A DNA stretch of 64,000 nt from Diplonema japonicum (GCA_964019335.1 OZ025745.1:186001-250000), one strand, 5' to 3'; counted from the stretch's first letter, positions 43,266 to 58,113 are shown. The notes: generated by a model from the letters alone, not told the origin. Made by a program: numbers and translations.

Positions 43266-46200
43266 CTAGCTCAGCAACTCCTCCTCATCACCGTCATCAC
43301 CACCACCACCACCACCCTCTTGAATCGAATCCGGTTTTACCTCTTCAGCAGGCTCGTCATAAGCATCCAACACATACTGCATCTCCATGTTTTCCTGTTT
43401 TTTAAAAAAAAAAAACTATTTTCCCTCCCCTTTCCTCCCGTGTTTGCACATACATCTTCATCAACAATATGATGCATGAACTCCTCATTGAAGGTATCTG
43501 GCTGTTCTCTCTGCCGCCTTTTCCACCACACAAAAGCGAGAATAGAAATGCAACACAGCACGCCAAGAACAAGGCCGACAATCAGACCGATATTCACCCC
43601 ACCACCTCCCCCATTGTCCTCTGGAGTGGTGAATGGAGCATCTCCAAACTTCCCAGCTGGGGAATCCTTGTACTCTGGAGTCTCATTATATTTCCCTCCT
43701 GGAGTATCAACCTTAAACTGCGGTGACTCTTGGTACTCGGGGGTATTTTCAAATTCCGGTGTTTGTACGTATTGCCCTCGCGGAGTTTTCACGAATTGCC
43801 CTTGTGGTGAATCCTTGTACTCAGGAGTCCCCATGAACTTCCCTTCAGGGCTCCAATTCTTAAACGTGGGAGTGTCCTTGAACTCTGGTGAGTCGGCCCA
43901 CTTCGCCAACGGTGTCTCATCCTTGTATTTCGGCGACTCTGAGAACTCTGGTGTACTTTCAAACAGCGGGGTATCAACATATTGCCCTCTAGGTGTCTTG
44001 TCAAACTTCCCTTGAGGAGTGTCCTTGTACTCAGGTGAGGCTTGATTTTGCGAGTCAGGTGTTGTCACCTTGTACTCAGGAGACTCCTTAAAAACAGGGG
44101 AAGCATGTGCCTTACCCTGAGGACTGTTCACCTGACCATCTGGTGATGTAATGTACTCTGGTGTCGCTTTGTATTCAGGTGTGTCCAAATGCTGTCCTTG
44201 GGGTGTCTTGTCGAACTGACCTTGTGGGGAAGCCTTGTATTCAGGTGAAGCCACAACTTGACCTTGAGGGCTTTGTGCTTGCCCTTGAGGTGATTGGGGG
44301 AAGTCAGGAGAAGCTTGATATTCAGGAGTGTCAACGTACTGGCCCTGAGGTGTCTTGTCGTACTTGCCTTGAGGGGTATCCTTGTACTCAGGTGAAGCCT
44401 GTTGCTTGGCATCAGGTGTTGTTGCAATGTACTCAGGAGTGTCTCTGTAAGCAGGTGCCTCCAAGAAATCAGGTGAGGCTTGGAACTCGGGAGTGTCCAC
44501 GTACTGGCCCTGAGGTGTTTTATCAAACTGACCCTGTGGAGAGACTTTGTACTCAGGTGAGGCCACCACTTGTCCATGAGGACTCTGTGCTTGTGCCTGT
44601 GGGGACACATCAAACTCGGGTGTCGCCTTGAACTCGGGAGTATCAACATGCTGCCCTTGTGGTGTTTTGTCAAACTTCCCTTGAGGGGTGTCCTTGTACT
44701 CAGGTGAGGCTTGATTTTGCGAGTCAGGTGTTGTCACCTTGTACTCAGGAGACTCCTTGAAAACAGGGGAAGCATGTGCCTGACCCTGAGGACTGTTCAC
44801 CTGACCATCTGGTGATGCAATGTACTCTGGTGTCTCTTTGTATTCAGGTGTATCAACGTGCTGTCCTTGGGGTGTCTTGTCGAACTGACCTTGTGGCGAA
44901 GCCTTGTAGTCGGGCGATGCCACAACTTGACCTTGTGGTGCCTGTGCTTGCCCTTGAGGTGACTGAGCAAAGTCGGGCGAAGCTTGGTACTGAGGAGTGT
45001 CAACGTACTGTCCTTGGGGTGTCTTGTCAAACTTTCCCTGAGGTGTATCCTTGTACTCAGGTGAGGCCTGTTGTTGGGAATCAGGAGTTGTCACTTTATA
45101 CGCAGGTGTCTCCTCATAGGCAGGGGTTTGTAAATATTCAGGAGAAGCTTTAAACTCAGGAGTGTCAACATGCTGTCCTTTAGGGGTCTTGTCGAACTGG
45201 CCTTGTGGGGAATCCTTGTATAAAGGAGATGCCACCACCTGGCCCTGAGGGCTCTGTGCCTGGTTCTGCGGTGACACATCAAATTGAGGTGTCGCTTTGA
45301 ACTCTGGTGTATCAACGTGCTGTCCTTGGGGTGTCTTGTCGAACTGACCTTGTGGGGAAGCCTTGTATTCAGGTGAAGCCACAACTTGACCTTGAGGGCT
45401 TTGTGCTTGCCCTTGAGGTGATTGGGGGAAGTCAGGAGAAGATTGGTATTCAGGAGTGTCAACGTACTGGCCTTGAGGTGTCATGTCGTACTTGCCTTGA
45501 GGGGTATCCTTGTACTCAGGTGAAGCCTGTTGCTTGGCATCAGGTGTTGTTGCAATGTACTCAGGAGTGTCTTTGTAAGCAGGTGCCTCCAAGAAATCAG
45601 GTGAGGCTTGGAACTCGGGAGTGTCCACGTACTGGCCCTGAGGTGTTTTATCAAACTGACCCTGTGGAGAGACCTTGTACTCAGGTGAGGCCACCACTTG
45701 TCCATGAGGACTCTGTGCTTGTGCCTGTGGGGACACATCAAACTCGGGTGTCGCCTTGAACTCGGGAGTATCAACATGCTGCCCTTGTGGTGTTTTGTCG
45801 AACTTCCCTTGAGGGGTGTCCTTGTACTCAGGTGAGGCTTGATTTTGCGAGTCAGGTGTTGTCACCTTGTACTCAGGAGACTCCTTGAAAACAGGGGAAG
45901 CATGCGCCTGACCCTGAGGACTGTTCACCTGACCATCTGGTGATGCAATGTACTCTGGTGTCTCTTTGTATTCAGGTGTATCAACGTGCTGTCCTTGGGG
46001 TGTCTTGTCGAACTGACCTTGTGGCGAAGCCTTGTAGTCGGGCGATGCCACAACCTGACCCTGTGGTGCCTGTGCTTGCCCTTGAGGTGACTGGGGGAAG
46101 TCAGGTGATTGCTTGTACTGAGGAGTGTCAACGTACTGACCTTGTGGTGTTTTGTCAAACTGACCTTGTGGTGAATCCTTGTACTCAGGGGAAGCGACCA

Positions 46201-49200
46201 CTTGTCCGTGAGGGCTTTGTGCCTGCCCTTGTGGGGATGTAACGAACTCAGGTGATACTTTGAACTCGGGGGTATCGACGTGTTGCCCTTGAGGGGTCTT
46301 GTCGAACTGACCTTGCGGAGAATCCTTGTACTCAGGTGAAGCCACAACTTGGCCATTCGGGGACTGCGCCTTGCCTTGTGGGGATTGAGCAAAGTCAGGT
46401 GAGGCTTGGTATTGAGGAGTCTCAACATACTGCCCTTGGGGTGTCTTGTCGAACTGGCCTTGTGGTGAGTTCTTGTACAAAGGAGATGCCACCACCTGAC
46501 CCTGAGGGCTCTGTGCCTGGTTCTGCGGTGACACATCAAACTGGGGTGTCGCTTTGAACTCAGGAGTGTCAACATGCTGTCCTCGAGGGGTCTTGTCGAA
46601 CTGGCCTTGTGGGGAATCCTTGTATTCAGGTGAAGCCACAACTTGACCTTGAGGGCTTTGTGCCTGCCCTTGAGGTGATTGGGGGAAGTCAGGAGAAGCT
46701 TGATATTCAGGAGTGTCAACGTACTGGCCCTGAGGTGTCTTGTCGTACTTGCCTTGAGGGGTATCCTTGTACTCAGGTGAAGCCTGTTGCTTGGCATCAG
46801 GTGTTGTTGCAATGTACTCAGGAGTGTCTTTGTAAGCAGGTGCCTCCAAGAAATCAGGTGAGGCTTGGAACTCGGGAGTGTCCACGTACTGGCCCTGAGG
46901 TGTTTTATCAAACTGACCCTGTGGAGAGACTTTGTACTCAGGTGAGGCCACCACTTGTCCATGAGGACTCTGTGCTTGTGCTTGTGGGGACACATCAAAC
47001 TCGGGTGTCGCCTTGAACTCGGGAGTATCAACATGCTGCCCTTGTGGTGTTTTGTCAAACTTCCCTTGAGGAGTGTCCTTGTACTCAGGTGAGGCTTGAT
47101 TTTGCGAGTCAGGTGTTGTCACCTTGTACTCAGGAGACTCCTTGAAAACAGGGGAAGCATGTGCCTGACCCTGAGGACTGTTCACCTGACCATCTGGTGA
47201 TGCAATGTACTCTGGTGTCTCTTTGTATTCAGGTGTATCAACGTGCTGTCCTTGGGGTGTCTTGTCGAATTGACCTTGTGGGGAAGCCTTGTAGTCGGGC
47301 GATGCCACAACCTGACCCTGTGGTGCCTGTGCTTGCCCTTGAGGTGACTGGGGGAAGTCAGGTGATTGTTTGTACTGAGGAGTGTCAACGTACTGACCTT
47401 GTGGTGTTTTGTCGAACTGACCTTGTGGTGAATCCTTGTACTCAGGGGAAGCGACCACTTGTCCGTGAGGGCTTTGTGCCTGCCCTTGTGGGGATGTAAC
47501 GAACTCAGGTGATACTTTGAACTCAGGGGTATCGACGTGTTGCCCTTGAGGGGTCTTGTCGAACTGACCTTGCGGAGAATCCTTGTACTCAGGTGAAGCC
47601 ACAACTTGGCCATTCGGGGACTGCGCCTTGCCTTGTGGGGATTGAGCAAAGTCAGGTGAGGCTTGGTATTGAGGAGTCTCAACATACTGCCCTTGGGGTG
47701 TCTTGTCGAACTGGCCTTGTGGTGAGTTCTTGTACAAAGGAGATGCCACCACCTGGCCCTGAGGGCTCTGTGCCTGGTTCTGCGGTGACACATCAAACTG
47801 GGGTGTCGCTTTGAACTCAGGAGTGTCAACATGCTGTCCTTGAGGGGTCTTGTCGAACTGGCCTTGTGGGGAAGCCTTGTATTCAGGTGAAGCCACAACT
47901 TGACCTTGAGGGCTTTGTGCCTGCCCTTGAGGTGATTGGGGGAAGTCAGGAGAAGCTTGATATTCAGGAGTGTCAACGTACTGGCCCTGAGGTGTCTTGT
48001 CGTACTTGCCTTGAGGGGTATCCTTGTACTCAGGTGAAGCCTGTTGCTTGGCATCAGGTGTTGTTGCAATGTACTCAGGAGTGTCTCTGTAAGCAGGTGC
48101 CTCCAAGAAATCAGGTGAGGCTTGGAACTCGGGAGTGTCCACGTACTGGCCCTGAGGTGTTTTATCAAACTGACCCTGTGGAGAGACTTTGTACTCAGGT
48201 GAGGCCACCACTTGTCCATGAGGACTCTGTGCTTGTGCCTGTGGGGACACATCAAACTCGGGTGTCGCCTTGAACTCGGGAGTATCAACATGCTGCCCTT
48301 GTGGTGTTTTGTCAAACTTCCCTTGAGGGGTGTCCTTGTACTCAGGTGAGGCTTGATTTTGCGAGTCAGGTGTTGTCACCTTGTACTCAGGAGACTCCTT
48401 GAAAACAGGGGAAGCATGTGCCTGACCCTGAGGACTGTTCACCTGACCATCTGGTGATGCAATGTACTCTGGTGTCTCTTTGTATTCAGGTGTATCAACG
48501 TGCTGTCCTTGGGGTGTCTTGTCGAACTGACCTTGTGGCGAAGCCTTGTAGTCGGGCGATGCCACAACCTGACCCTGTGGTGCCTGTGCTTGCCCTTGAG
48601 GTGACTGGGGGAAGTCAGGTGATTGCTTGTACTGAGGAGTGTCAACGTACTGACCTTGTGGTGTTTTGTCAAACTGACCTTGTGGTGAATCCTTGTACTC
48701 AGGGGAAGCGACCACTTGTCCGTGAGGGCTTTGTGCCTGCCCTTGTGGGGATGTAACGAACTCAGGTGATACTTTGAACTCAGGGGTATCGACGTGTTGC
48801 CCTTGAGGGGTCTTGTCGAACTGACCTTGCGGAGAATCCTTGTACTCAGGTGAAGCAACGACCTGACCCTGAGGACTCGCAGCCTGTGCTTGCGGCGATA
48901 CATCAAAATTCGGAGTGGTTTTAAATTGTGGTGTGTCAACGTGCTGCCCTTGGGGTGTCTTGTCGAACTTTCCTTGGGGAGCATCTTTATAATCTGGTGA
49001 CGCTACGACCTGTCCCTGAGGGCTGTTAGCCTGTCCCTGAGGAGACTGAGCAAAATCAGGAGACGCCTGGTACTGAGGTGTGTCAACGTACTGACCTTTG
49101 GGGGTTTTATCGAACTGGCCCTGAGGAGAATCCTTGTACTCGGGAGTGGCCACAACTTGCCCTTGGGGGCTCTGTGCCTGTCCCTGAGGTGATCGAACAA

Positions 49201-52200
49201 AATCAGGAGACGCCTGGTACTGAGGTGTGTCAACGTACTGACCTTTGGGTGTTTTGTCGAACTGACCTTGTGGGGAGTCTTTGTACTCTGGTGTTGCAAC
49301 AACCTGTCCATGAGGACTCGCCGCTTGTCCTTGGGGTGAAGCAACGTACTGCGGTGTCTCCTTGTACGTAGGTGTCTGCAAAAACTCAGGTGAAGCTTGG
49401 AACTCAGGCGTGTCGACGTGTTGCCCCTTTGGAGTCTTGTCAAACTGACCTTGTGGTGAATCCTTGTACTCAGGGGTAGCAACAACTTGTCCGTGAGGAC
49501 TCGCCGCCTGTCCTTGCGGTGAAGCCACGTACTGCGGTGTAGTCCTGTAGTCAGGTGTCTGCAGGTACTCAGGTGCTCCCTTGAACTCAGGTGTGTCAAC
49601 GTATTGTCCTTTCGGTGTTTTGTCAAACTGGCCTTGAGGAGAGTCCTTGTACTCGGGTGAAGCAATAACCTGTCCGTGAGGACTGCTGGCTTGTCCCTGT
49701 GGCGATGCTAAGTACTGTGGTGCTTGCACGAATTCAGGTGATGCTTTGAACTCAGGCGTATCAGCGTGTTGGCCATTCGGTGTCTTGTCGAACTGGCCTT
49801 GTGGGGAGTCCTTGTACTCGGGAGTGGCCACGACTTGTCCTTGAGGACTCTGTGCTTGTCCTTGAGGTGACTGAGCAAAGTCAGGAGAAGCCTGGTACTG
49901 AGGTGTGTCAACGTACTGACCTTTGGGGGACTTATCAAATTGACCTTGTGGAGAGTCCTTGTACTCAGGTGACGCAACGACCTGTCCATGAGGGCTCGCT
50001 GCCTGTCCCTTGGGAGATTCTTGGTAAGTTGGCGTTAGCAAGTACTCAGGAGAAACCTGGAACTCAGGAGTATCAACGTGCTGTCCTTTAGGGGTCTTGT
50101 CGAACTGGCCTTGTGGGGAATCCTTGTACTCGGGAGTGGCAATGACTTGTCCGTGAGGGCTCGCTGCCTGTCCCTGCGGGGATGCAACATACTGCGGTGA
50201 CATTTTGTAGTCAGGTGTTTGCAAGAATTCAGGAGTTGCCTTGAACTCTGGTGTGTCAACGTGCTGTCCTTGAGGTGTCTTGTCAAAGTGACCTTGCGGT
50301 GAATCCTTGTACTCAGGAGTGGCCACGACCTGCCCATGAGGGCTTTGTGCTTGGCCTTGAGGGGACTTCGCAAAGTCAGGTGATGCCTGATACTCCGGAG
50401 TGTCAACGTGCTGCCCTTTGGGCGTCTTGTCGAATTGACCCTGAGGGGAATCCTTGTACTCGGGAGAAGCAACAACTTGCCCATGTGGTGTATTTGCCTG
50501 TCCCTGAGGGGAGGAGACGAACTGTGGCGAAGTCATGTAGACTGGAGTTTGCAAGTATTCAGGAGTTCCTTTGAATTCAGGTGAATTGTCGTACTGTCCT
50601 TTCGGAGTCTTGTCAAACTGTCCTTGTGGTGAATCCTTGTACTGAGGTGAAGCAACCACTTGTCCATGAGGGGTCGCCGCCTGTCCCTGGGGCGTTGCCA
50701 AGTAGTCAGGTGTCTGCAGATGCTCAGGTGCAGCCTTGAACTCAGGTGTGTCAACGTATTGTCCTTTTGGTGTTTTGTCAAACTGGCCTTGAGGCGAGTC
50801 CTTGTACTCCGGAGAAGCAATAACTTGCCCATGAGGACTGCTGGCCTGTCCCTGCGGCGATGCAATGAACTGTGGTGTTTGCACGTATTCAGGTGATGCT
50901 TTGAACTCAGGAGTATCGACATGCTGTCCCTTAGGGGTATTACCGAACTGACCTTGGGGTGATTCCTTATACTCAGGTGAAGCCATCACTTGTCCGTGGG
51001 GAGTCTGCGCCTGACCCTGTGGGGATTGCGCAAAGTCAGGAGAAGCCTGATACTGAGGTGTGTCAACGTACTGACCTTTGGGTGTCTTATCAAACTGACC
51101 TTGGGGGGAATCCTTGTACTCGGGAGTGGCCACAACCTGTCCGTGAGGACTTGCTGCCTGTCCCTGAGGCGAGTTGATGTACTGCGGGGATTCCTTGAAC
51201 GTAGGTGTCTTTAAGAATTCAGGCGATGCTTGGAATTCAGGAGTGTCAACATGCTGACCCTGAGGAGTCTTATCAAACTGACCTTGTGGAGAATCCTTGT
51301 ACTCAGGAGTGGCCACCACCTGTCCATGAGGACTCGCCGCCTGACCTTGTGGCGAGTCTTTGTACTCGGGGGCAGCTACAACCTGTCCATGAGGGCTCTG
51401 CGCCTGTCCCTGAGGCGATTTCGCGAAATCAGGAGACGCCTGATACTCAGGAGTGTCAACGTACTGCCCTTTTGGAGTCTTGTCAAACTGACCCTGAGGG
51501 GTGTCCTTGTACTCAGGAGATGAAATGACCTGCCCATGAGGGCTTGCCGCCTGTCCTTGGGGCGATGCTGCGTACTGCGGTGTAGTCCTGTAGTCAGGTG
51601 TCTGCAGGTACTCAGGTGCTTCCTTGAACTCAGGCGTGGCAACGTGCTGACCTTTAGGTGTCTTGTCAAACTGTCCTTGAGGAGAGTCTTTGTACTCGGG
51701 AGTGGACACCACTTGTCCATGAGGACTTTGTGCCTGGCCTTGTGGGGAATTCACGAAATCAGGAGACGCCTGGTACTGAGGTGTGTCGACGAACTGCCCT
51801 TTGGGTGTCTTATCAAACTGGCCTTGAGGGGAATCCTTGTACTCTGGAGTGGCCACAACCTGACCATGAGGACTTGCCGCCTGACCCTGAGGGGATTCCT
51901 TGTACTCAGGTGAAGCCACCACTTGTCCGTGGGGACTCTGTGCCTGACCCTGTGGGGATTGAGCAAAGTCGGGAGAAGCCTGATATTGAGGAGTGTCAAC
52001 GTACTGACCTTTGGGTGTCTTATCAAACTGACCCTGAGGGGAATCCTTGTACTCAGGGGTTGCAACAACCTGTCCGTGAGGGCTTGCTGCCTGTCCCTGA
52101 GGCGAGTTGATGTACTGCGGGGATTCCTTGTACTGAGGAGTCTTTAAGAATTCAGGTGATGCTTGAAACTCTGGTGTGTCAACATGCTGACCCTTTGGTG

Positions 52201-55200
52201 TTTTGTCGAACTGACCTTGGGGGGAATCTTTGTATTCGGGAGTGGCCACAACCTGACCATGAGGACTCGCCGCCTGACCTTGGGGTGAATCAATGTACTG
52301 AGGTGACGCTTGGTAGTCAGGTGTCTGCAAGAACTCAGGTGAAGCCTGGAATTCAGGTGTGTCAACGTGCTGTCCTTTAGGTGTCTTGTCGAATTGACCC
52401 TGTGGGGAGTCCTTGTACTCAGGAGATGAAACCACTTGGCCGTGGGGACTCTGCGCTTGTCCTTGAGGTGACTGTGCGAAGTCAGGTGAGGCCTGGTACA
52501 GGGGTGTATCAACGTGCTGACCTTTAGGTGTCTTGTCAAACTGACCTTGGGGAGAGTCTTTGTACTCAGGGGTTGCCACAACCTGACCATGAGGGCTCTC
52601 TGCCTGACCTTGGGGTGATTCTTTGTACTCAGGGGAAGCCACGACCTGGCCATGAGGGCTAGTGGCCTGTCCCTGAGGCGACTGAGCAAAGTCAGGAGAG
52701 GCTTGATATTGTGGTGTGTCAACGTACTGTCCTTTGGGGGTTCTGTCGAACTGACCTTGGGGAGAGTCTTTATATTCTGGTGTTGCAACCACTTGTCCAT
52801 GAGGACTCGCCGCTTGTCCTTGGGGCGAACCAATGTACTGGGGTGACGCTTGGTAGACAGGTGTTTGCAAGAACTCAGGTGAAGCTTGAAACTCCGGAGT
52901 GTCCACATGCTGGCCTTTGGGAGTCTTGTCAAACTGACCTTGTGGTGAATCCTTGTACTCAGGTGTGGCCACAACCTGGCCATGAGGACTCGCAGCCTGT
53001 CCCTGCGGTGAAGCCACGTACTGCGGTGTAGTCCTGTAGCCAGGTGTCTGCAGGTACTCAGGTGCTCCCTTGAACTCAGGTGTGTCAACGTATTGTCCTT
53101 TCGGTGTTTTGTCAAACTGGCCTTGAGGAGAGTCCTTGTACTCAGGTGAAGTAACAACTTGTCCGTGAGGACTTTGTGCCTGGCCTTGTGGGGATTTCGC
53201 AAAGTCTGGCGATGCTTGATACTGAGGAGTGTCAACGTACTGACCTTTGGGCGTTTTATCGAACTGTCCTTGTGGGGAGTCCTTGTATTCAGGTGAGGCT
53301 ACTACCTGTCCATGAGGACTCGCCGCTTGTCCTTGGGGTGAGGCAATGTACTGCGGTGTCTCTTTGTACGTAGGTGTCTGCAAAAACTCAGGTGAAGCTT
53401 GGAACTCAGGTGTGTCGACGTGTTGCCCCTTTGGAGTCTTGTCAAACTGACCTTGTGGGGAGTCCTTGTACTCAGGTGAAGCCACAATCTGTCCTTGAGG
53501 GCTCGCCGCCTGTCCTTGGGGCGATGCGATGTACTGCGGTGTAGTCCTGTAGTCAGGTGTCTGCAGGTACTCAGGTGCTCCCTTGAACTCAGGTGTGTCA
53601 ACGTATTGTCCTTTCGGTGTCTTGTCGAACTGGCCTTGGGGAGAGTCCTTATACGCAGGACTTTGAATGACAACCTGCTGTGGTGCCTTCTGCAAGTTGT
53701 CAGGAGATGCATCATAAGCAGGAGTTGCCTTGAACCCGGGAGTGTCAACGTGCTGACCTTGGGGTGTCTTGTCGAACTGACCTTGTGGGGAATCCTTGTA
53801 TTCGGGCGTTGCTATTACTTGACCGTGAGGACTTTGTGCCTGACCTTGAGGTGAACCAATGAACTGTGGCGACTCCTTGTATGTTGGCGTCTGCAAGAAC
53901 TCAGGTGAAGCCTGGAATTCAGGAGTGTCGACGTGCTGTCCTTTTGGAGTCTTATCAAACTGTCCTTGTGGTGATTCTTTGTACTCGGGAGAAGCAACAA
54001 CTTGCCCATGAGGGCTCGCCGCCTGTCCCTGAGGGGACACAACGTACTGCGGTGTTGTTTTGTAGGTTGGAGTCTGCAGGAACTCGGGAGCCGCTTGGAA
54101 CTCAGGTGTATCAACGTACTGCCCTTTCGGTGTTTTGTCAAATTGACCTTGAGGAGTGTTCTTGTACTCAGGTGAAGCTACAACCTGACCCTGTGGTGCC
54201 TGCGCTTGGCCTTGAGGTGATGTTCCGAAGTCGGGGGACGCTTTGTACTGAGGAGTGTCAACGTACTGACCTTTGGGAGTTTTGTCAAACTGACCTTGTG
54301 GAGAGTCCTTGTACTCGGGAGTGGAAACAACTTGTCCGTGAGGGCTGTTCGCTTGGCCTTGGGGGGACTGCACAAAGTCAGGTGACGCAATGTACTCAGG
54401 TGTGTCGACGTGTTGCCCTTTCGGTGTTTTATCAAACTGACCCTGGGGGGATTCCTTGTACTCGGGTGACGCCACAACCTGTCCGTGAGGGCTCTGAGCT
54501 TGTCCTTGAGGAGACTGACCAAAGTCAGGAGAAGCCTGATACTGAGGTGTGTCAACGTACTGACCTTTGGGTGTCTTATCAAATTGACCCTGAGGGGAGT
54601 CCTTGTACTCGGGAGTGGCCACAACCTGTCCGTGAGGACTTGCTGCCTGTCCCTGAGGCGAGTTGATGTACTGCGGGGATTCCTTGAACGTAGGTGTCTT
54701 TAAGAATTCAGGCGATGCTTGGAATTCAGGAGTGTCAACATGCTGTCCCTTTGGTGTTTTGTCGAACTGACCTTGGGGGGAATCTTTGTACTCGGGAGTG
54801 GCCACAACCTGACCATGAGGACTCGCCGCCTGACCTTGGGGTGAATCAATGTACTGAGGTGATGTTTTGTGGACAGGTGTCTGCAAGAACTCAGGTGAAG
54901 CCTGGAATTCAGGTGTGTCAACGTGCTGTCCTTTGGGTGTCTTGTCGAATTGACCTTGTGGGGAGTCCTTGTACTCGGGAGATGAAACAACTTGGCCGTG
55001 GGGACTCTGCGCTTGTCCTTGAGGTGACTGTGCGAAGTCAGGTGAGGCCTGGTACAGGGGTGTATCAACGTGCTGACCTTTAGGTGTCTTGTCAAACTGA
55101 CCTTGGGGAGAGTCTTTGTACTCGGGAGTGGACACCACTTGTCCATGAGGACTTTGTGCCTGGCCTTGTGGGGAATTCACGAAATCAGGAGACGCCTGGT

Positions 55201-57589
55201 ACTGAGGTGTGTCGACGAACTGCCCTTTGGGTGTCTTATCAAACTGGCCTTGAGGGGAATCCTTGTACTCTGGAGTGGCCACAACCTGACCATGAGGACT
55301 TGCCGCCTGTCCCTGAGGGGATTCCTTGTACTCAGGTGAAGCCACCACTTGTCCGTGGGGAGTCTGAGCTTGTCCTTGAGGAGACTGAGCAAAGTCGGGA
55401 GAAGCCTGATACTGGGGTGTGTCAACGTACTGACCTTTGGGTGTCTTATCAAACTGACCCTGAGGGGAGTCCTTGTACTCAGGGGTTGCAACAACCTGTC
55501 CGTGAGGGCTTGCTGCCTGTCCCTGAGGCGAGTTGATGTACTGCGGGGATTCCTTGTACTGAGGAGTCTTTAAGAATTCAGGTGATGCTTGAAACTCTGG
55601 TGTGTCAACATGCTGACCCTTTGGTGTTTTGTCGAACTGACCTTGGGGGGAATCTTTGTATTCGGGAGTGGCCACAACCTGACCATGAGGACTCGCCGCC
55701 TGACCTTGGGGTGATTCCTTGTACTCAGGTGAAGCCACAACCTGCCCATGAGGGCTCTGTGCTTGGCCTTGAGGGGATTGAGCAAAGTCAGGAGACGCCT
55801 GATACTGAGGAGTGTCAACGTACTGACCTTTTGGAGTCTTGTCAAACTGACCTTGTGGGGAATCCTTGTACTCAGGAGTTGTGATCACCTGTCCGTGAGG
55901 GCTCGCAGCCTGTCCCTGAGGCGAGGCGACGTACTGCGGAGACTCCTTGTAGGTGGGTGCCTGAAGGAATTCAGGAGAAGCTTGAAATTCAGGCGTGTCG
56001 ACATGCTGTCCCTTTGGCGTCTTGTCAAACTGACCTTGAGGAGAGTTCTTGTACTCAGGTGCGGCTACGACCTGCCCCTGGGGGCTGCTGGCTTGGCCCT
56101 GCGGTGAAGCAATGTACTGCGGAGTTTGCACAAATTCTGGAGATGCTTGAAACTCGGGAGTGGCAACGTGCTGGCCTTTTGGTGTTTTGTCGAACTGGCC
56201 CTGAGGGGAGTCTTTGTACTCGGGTGTTGCCGTTGGACTGGCGGCTTGCCCTTGAGGCGATGCAACATAAGTGGGGGAAACTTTGTACTCAGGAGTGCCG
56301 GCGTGCTGTCCTTGAGGTGTCTTGTCAAACTGACCTTGGGGTGAATCCTTGTACTCAGGTGAAGCCACGACCTGCCCTTGAGGTGCCTGTGCCTGTCCTT
56401 GGGGGGAATTCACGAAGTCGGGAGAAGCTTGGTACTGAGGAGTGTCAACGTATTGCCCCTTGGGAGTCTTGTCGAACTGACCTTGTGGTGACTCTTTGTA
56501 CTCAGGAGTAGCTACTACTTGCCCGTGAGGGCTAGCAGCTTGCCCTTGAGGTGACGCAATGTACTCAGGCGTGTTGCTGTGTTGCCCTTGAGGTGTCTTG
56601 TCAAACTGTCCTTGAGGAGAGTTTTTGTACTCAGGTGAAGCGACGACCTGCCCATGGGGAGTCTCTGCTTGGCCCTGCGGCGAGTTCGCAAAGTCAGGGG
56701 AGGCTTGGTACTGAGGTGTGTCAACGTACTGTCCTTGGGGTGTTTTATCGAACTGACCTTGGGGAGAGTCTTTGTACTCTGGCGCAGCAACGACCTGTCC
56801 GTGAGGGCTCGCCGCCTGTCCTTGAGGGGACTTAGGGAAGTCAGGAGAAGCTTGGTATTCAGGAGTGTCAACGTACTGACCCTGAGGTGTTTTGTCAAAC
56901 TGGCCTTGGGGAGCGTTCTTGTACTCAGGTGAGGCAACAACCTGTCCATGGGGACTCTGCGCTTGGCCTTGAGGCGCAGCTGCGAAGTCGGGAGAAGCTT
57001 GGTACTGAGGAGTATCGACGTACTGCCCTTTGGGAGTTTTGTCGAACTGACCTTGTGGAGTGTCCTTATATTCAGGCGAGGCTTTGACTTGGCCATGAGG
57101 GCTCTGAGCCTGTCCTTGAGGGGACTGTGCGAAGTCAGGAGAAGCTTGGTACTGAGGAGTGTCAACGTACTGACCTTGGGGTGTCTTGTCGAAGTGGCCT
57201 TGTGGTGTGGCCTTGTATTCAGGTGAAGCCTGATTCTGGTTTTCGGGGGTGGTGACATCGTAGGCAGGGGTCTCCTTGAAGACTGGTGATGCTTTGTAGA
57301 CTGGGGTGGCGGCCTGCTGGCCCGCGGGGGAGTTGAGGTACTTTCCTTCTGGGGTGTTTTGGTACTCAGGTGTGAGGGAATCGTACTCAGGAGATGCTTT
57401 GAAGGCAGGTGTTGCAGCAGGAGAGTTTGCTTCATCCTTACCTCCAGGGGTAGTGTCGTACAAAGGGCCAACTAAGTACACCGGTGGGCACGGCTGGTCT
57501 GCCCCTTCACCATCGTTACACATTTGCCGGCCATGCCCCACTGAACACCCATACAGAATCGCCAGAAAGCACACGTGTTTCGTGCGCAT
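43266..57589 (-). CDS. Giant (about 4,750 aa) type I membrane protein made of S/T-P repeats; intron 43395-43453
   Basis: Signal peptide, about 14 kb of stop-free repeat, TM IGLIVGLVLGVLCCISILAFVWW followed by KRR; splicing gives the acidic tail HHIVDED/ENMEMQYVLDAY...EEELLS*. Confidence 0.9.
43700..57450. repeat. Coding tandem repeat array with higher-order units (1257-bp and 3426-bp offsets)
   Basis: Shadow ORFs recur at +1257 (45925/47182, 46336/47593, 46609/47866, 47161/48418) and +3426 (51658/55084, 51751/55177, 51923/55349, 52156/55582). Confidence 0.92.
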
Positions 57590-58113
57590 CCCGTTTACTT
57601 TATATTAATCTTTTTTTTTTGTTTTCCTTCTTCAATTTTAACTATTCTTATAGCTCAGATGATCATCAGTCAGTAATGTGTTCCCTTTTATAGGTTGCGT
57701 GAATTTTTTCCCCCCCCCCGAAGATTTTAAAAAAAAAAAAGAAAAAAGTGAAAGGTGTGTAATTTCTTTTTTTTTAAAGGTGAGAACCTGGGGGTGGAGG
57801 TCCAACAAATAATATAATGTGTTGCCCCCCCTTTAAACTTTTTTTAATCTCCTCATTTTCTTTATTTTTCTCCCTTCTGCCGGTAGTAGCACCCAATGAA
57901 TACTAAACCTATCCAGCCAAGAAGACAAAAACGGGGGAAAATGAAGATTGGTGCCATCATCAACCTCCCTCCAGCCAGAATCGTGAAATCGGGGGGGGGG
58001 GGGAAGAAGAATAATATAAAAATAAAAGAAAAGCATCTTCTTATGTCACACAAAAAAAAAGATTTCCCCCCCCCATATTTTTCTTGTTTTTTTTTTTCTT
58101 TCTTTCGTTATAT

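Noticed and set aside
43469-57471. Numerous alternate-frame and + strand ORFs inside the giant gene
   Set aside because: Shadows of a repetitive coding sequence; they recur at the repeat offsets.
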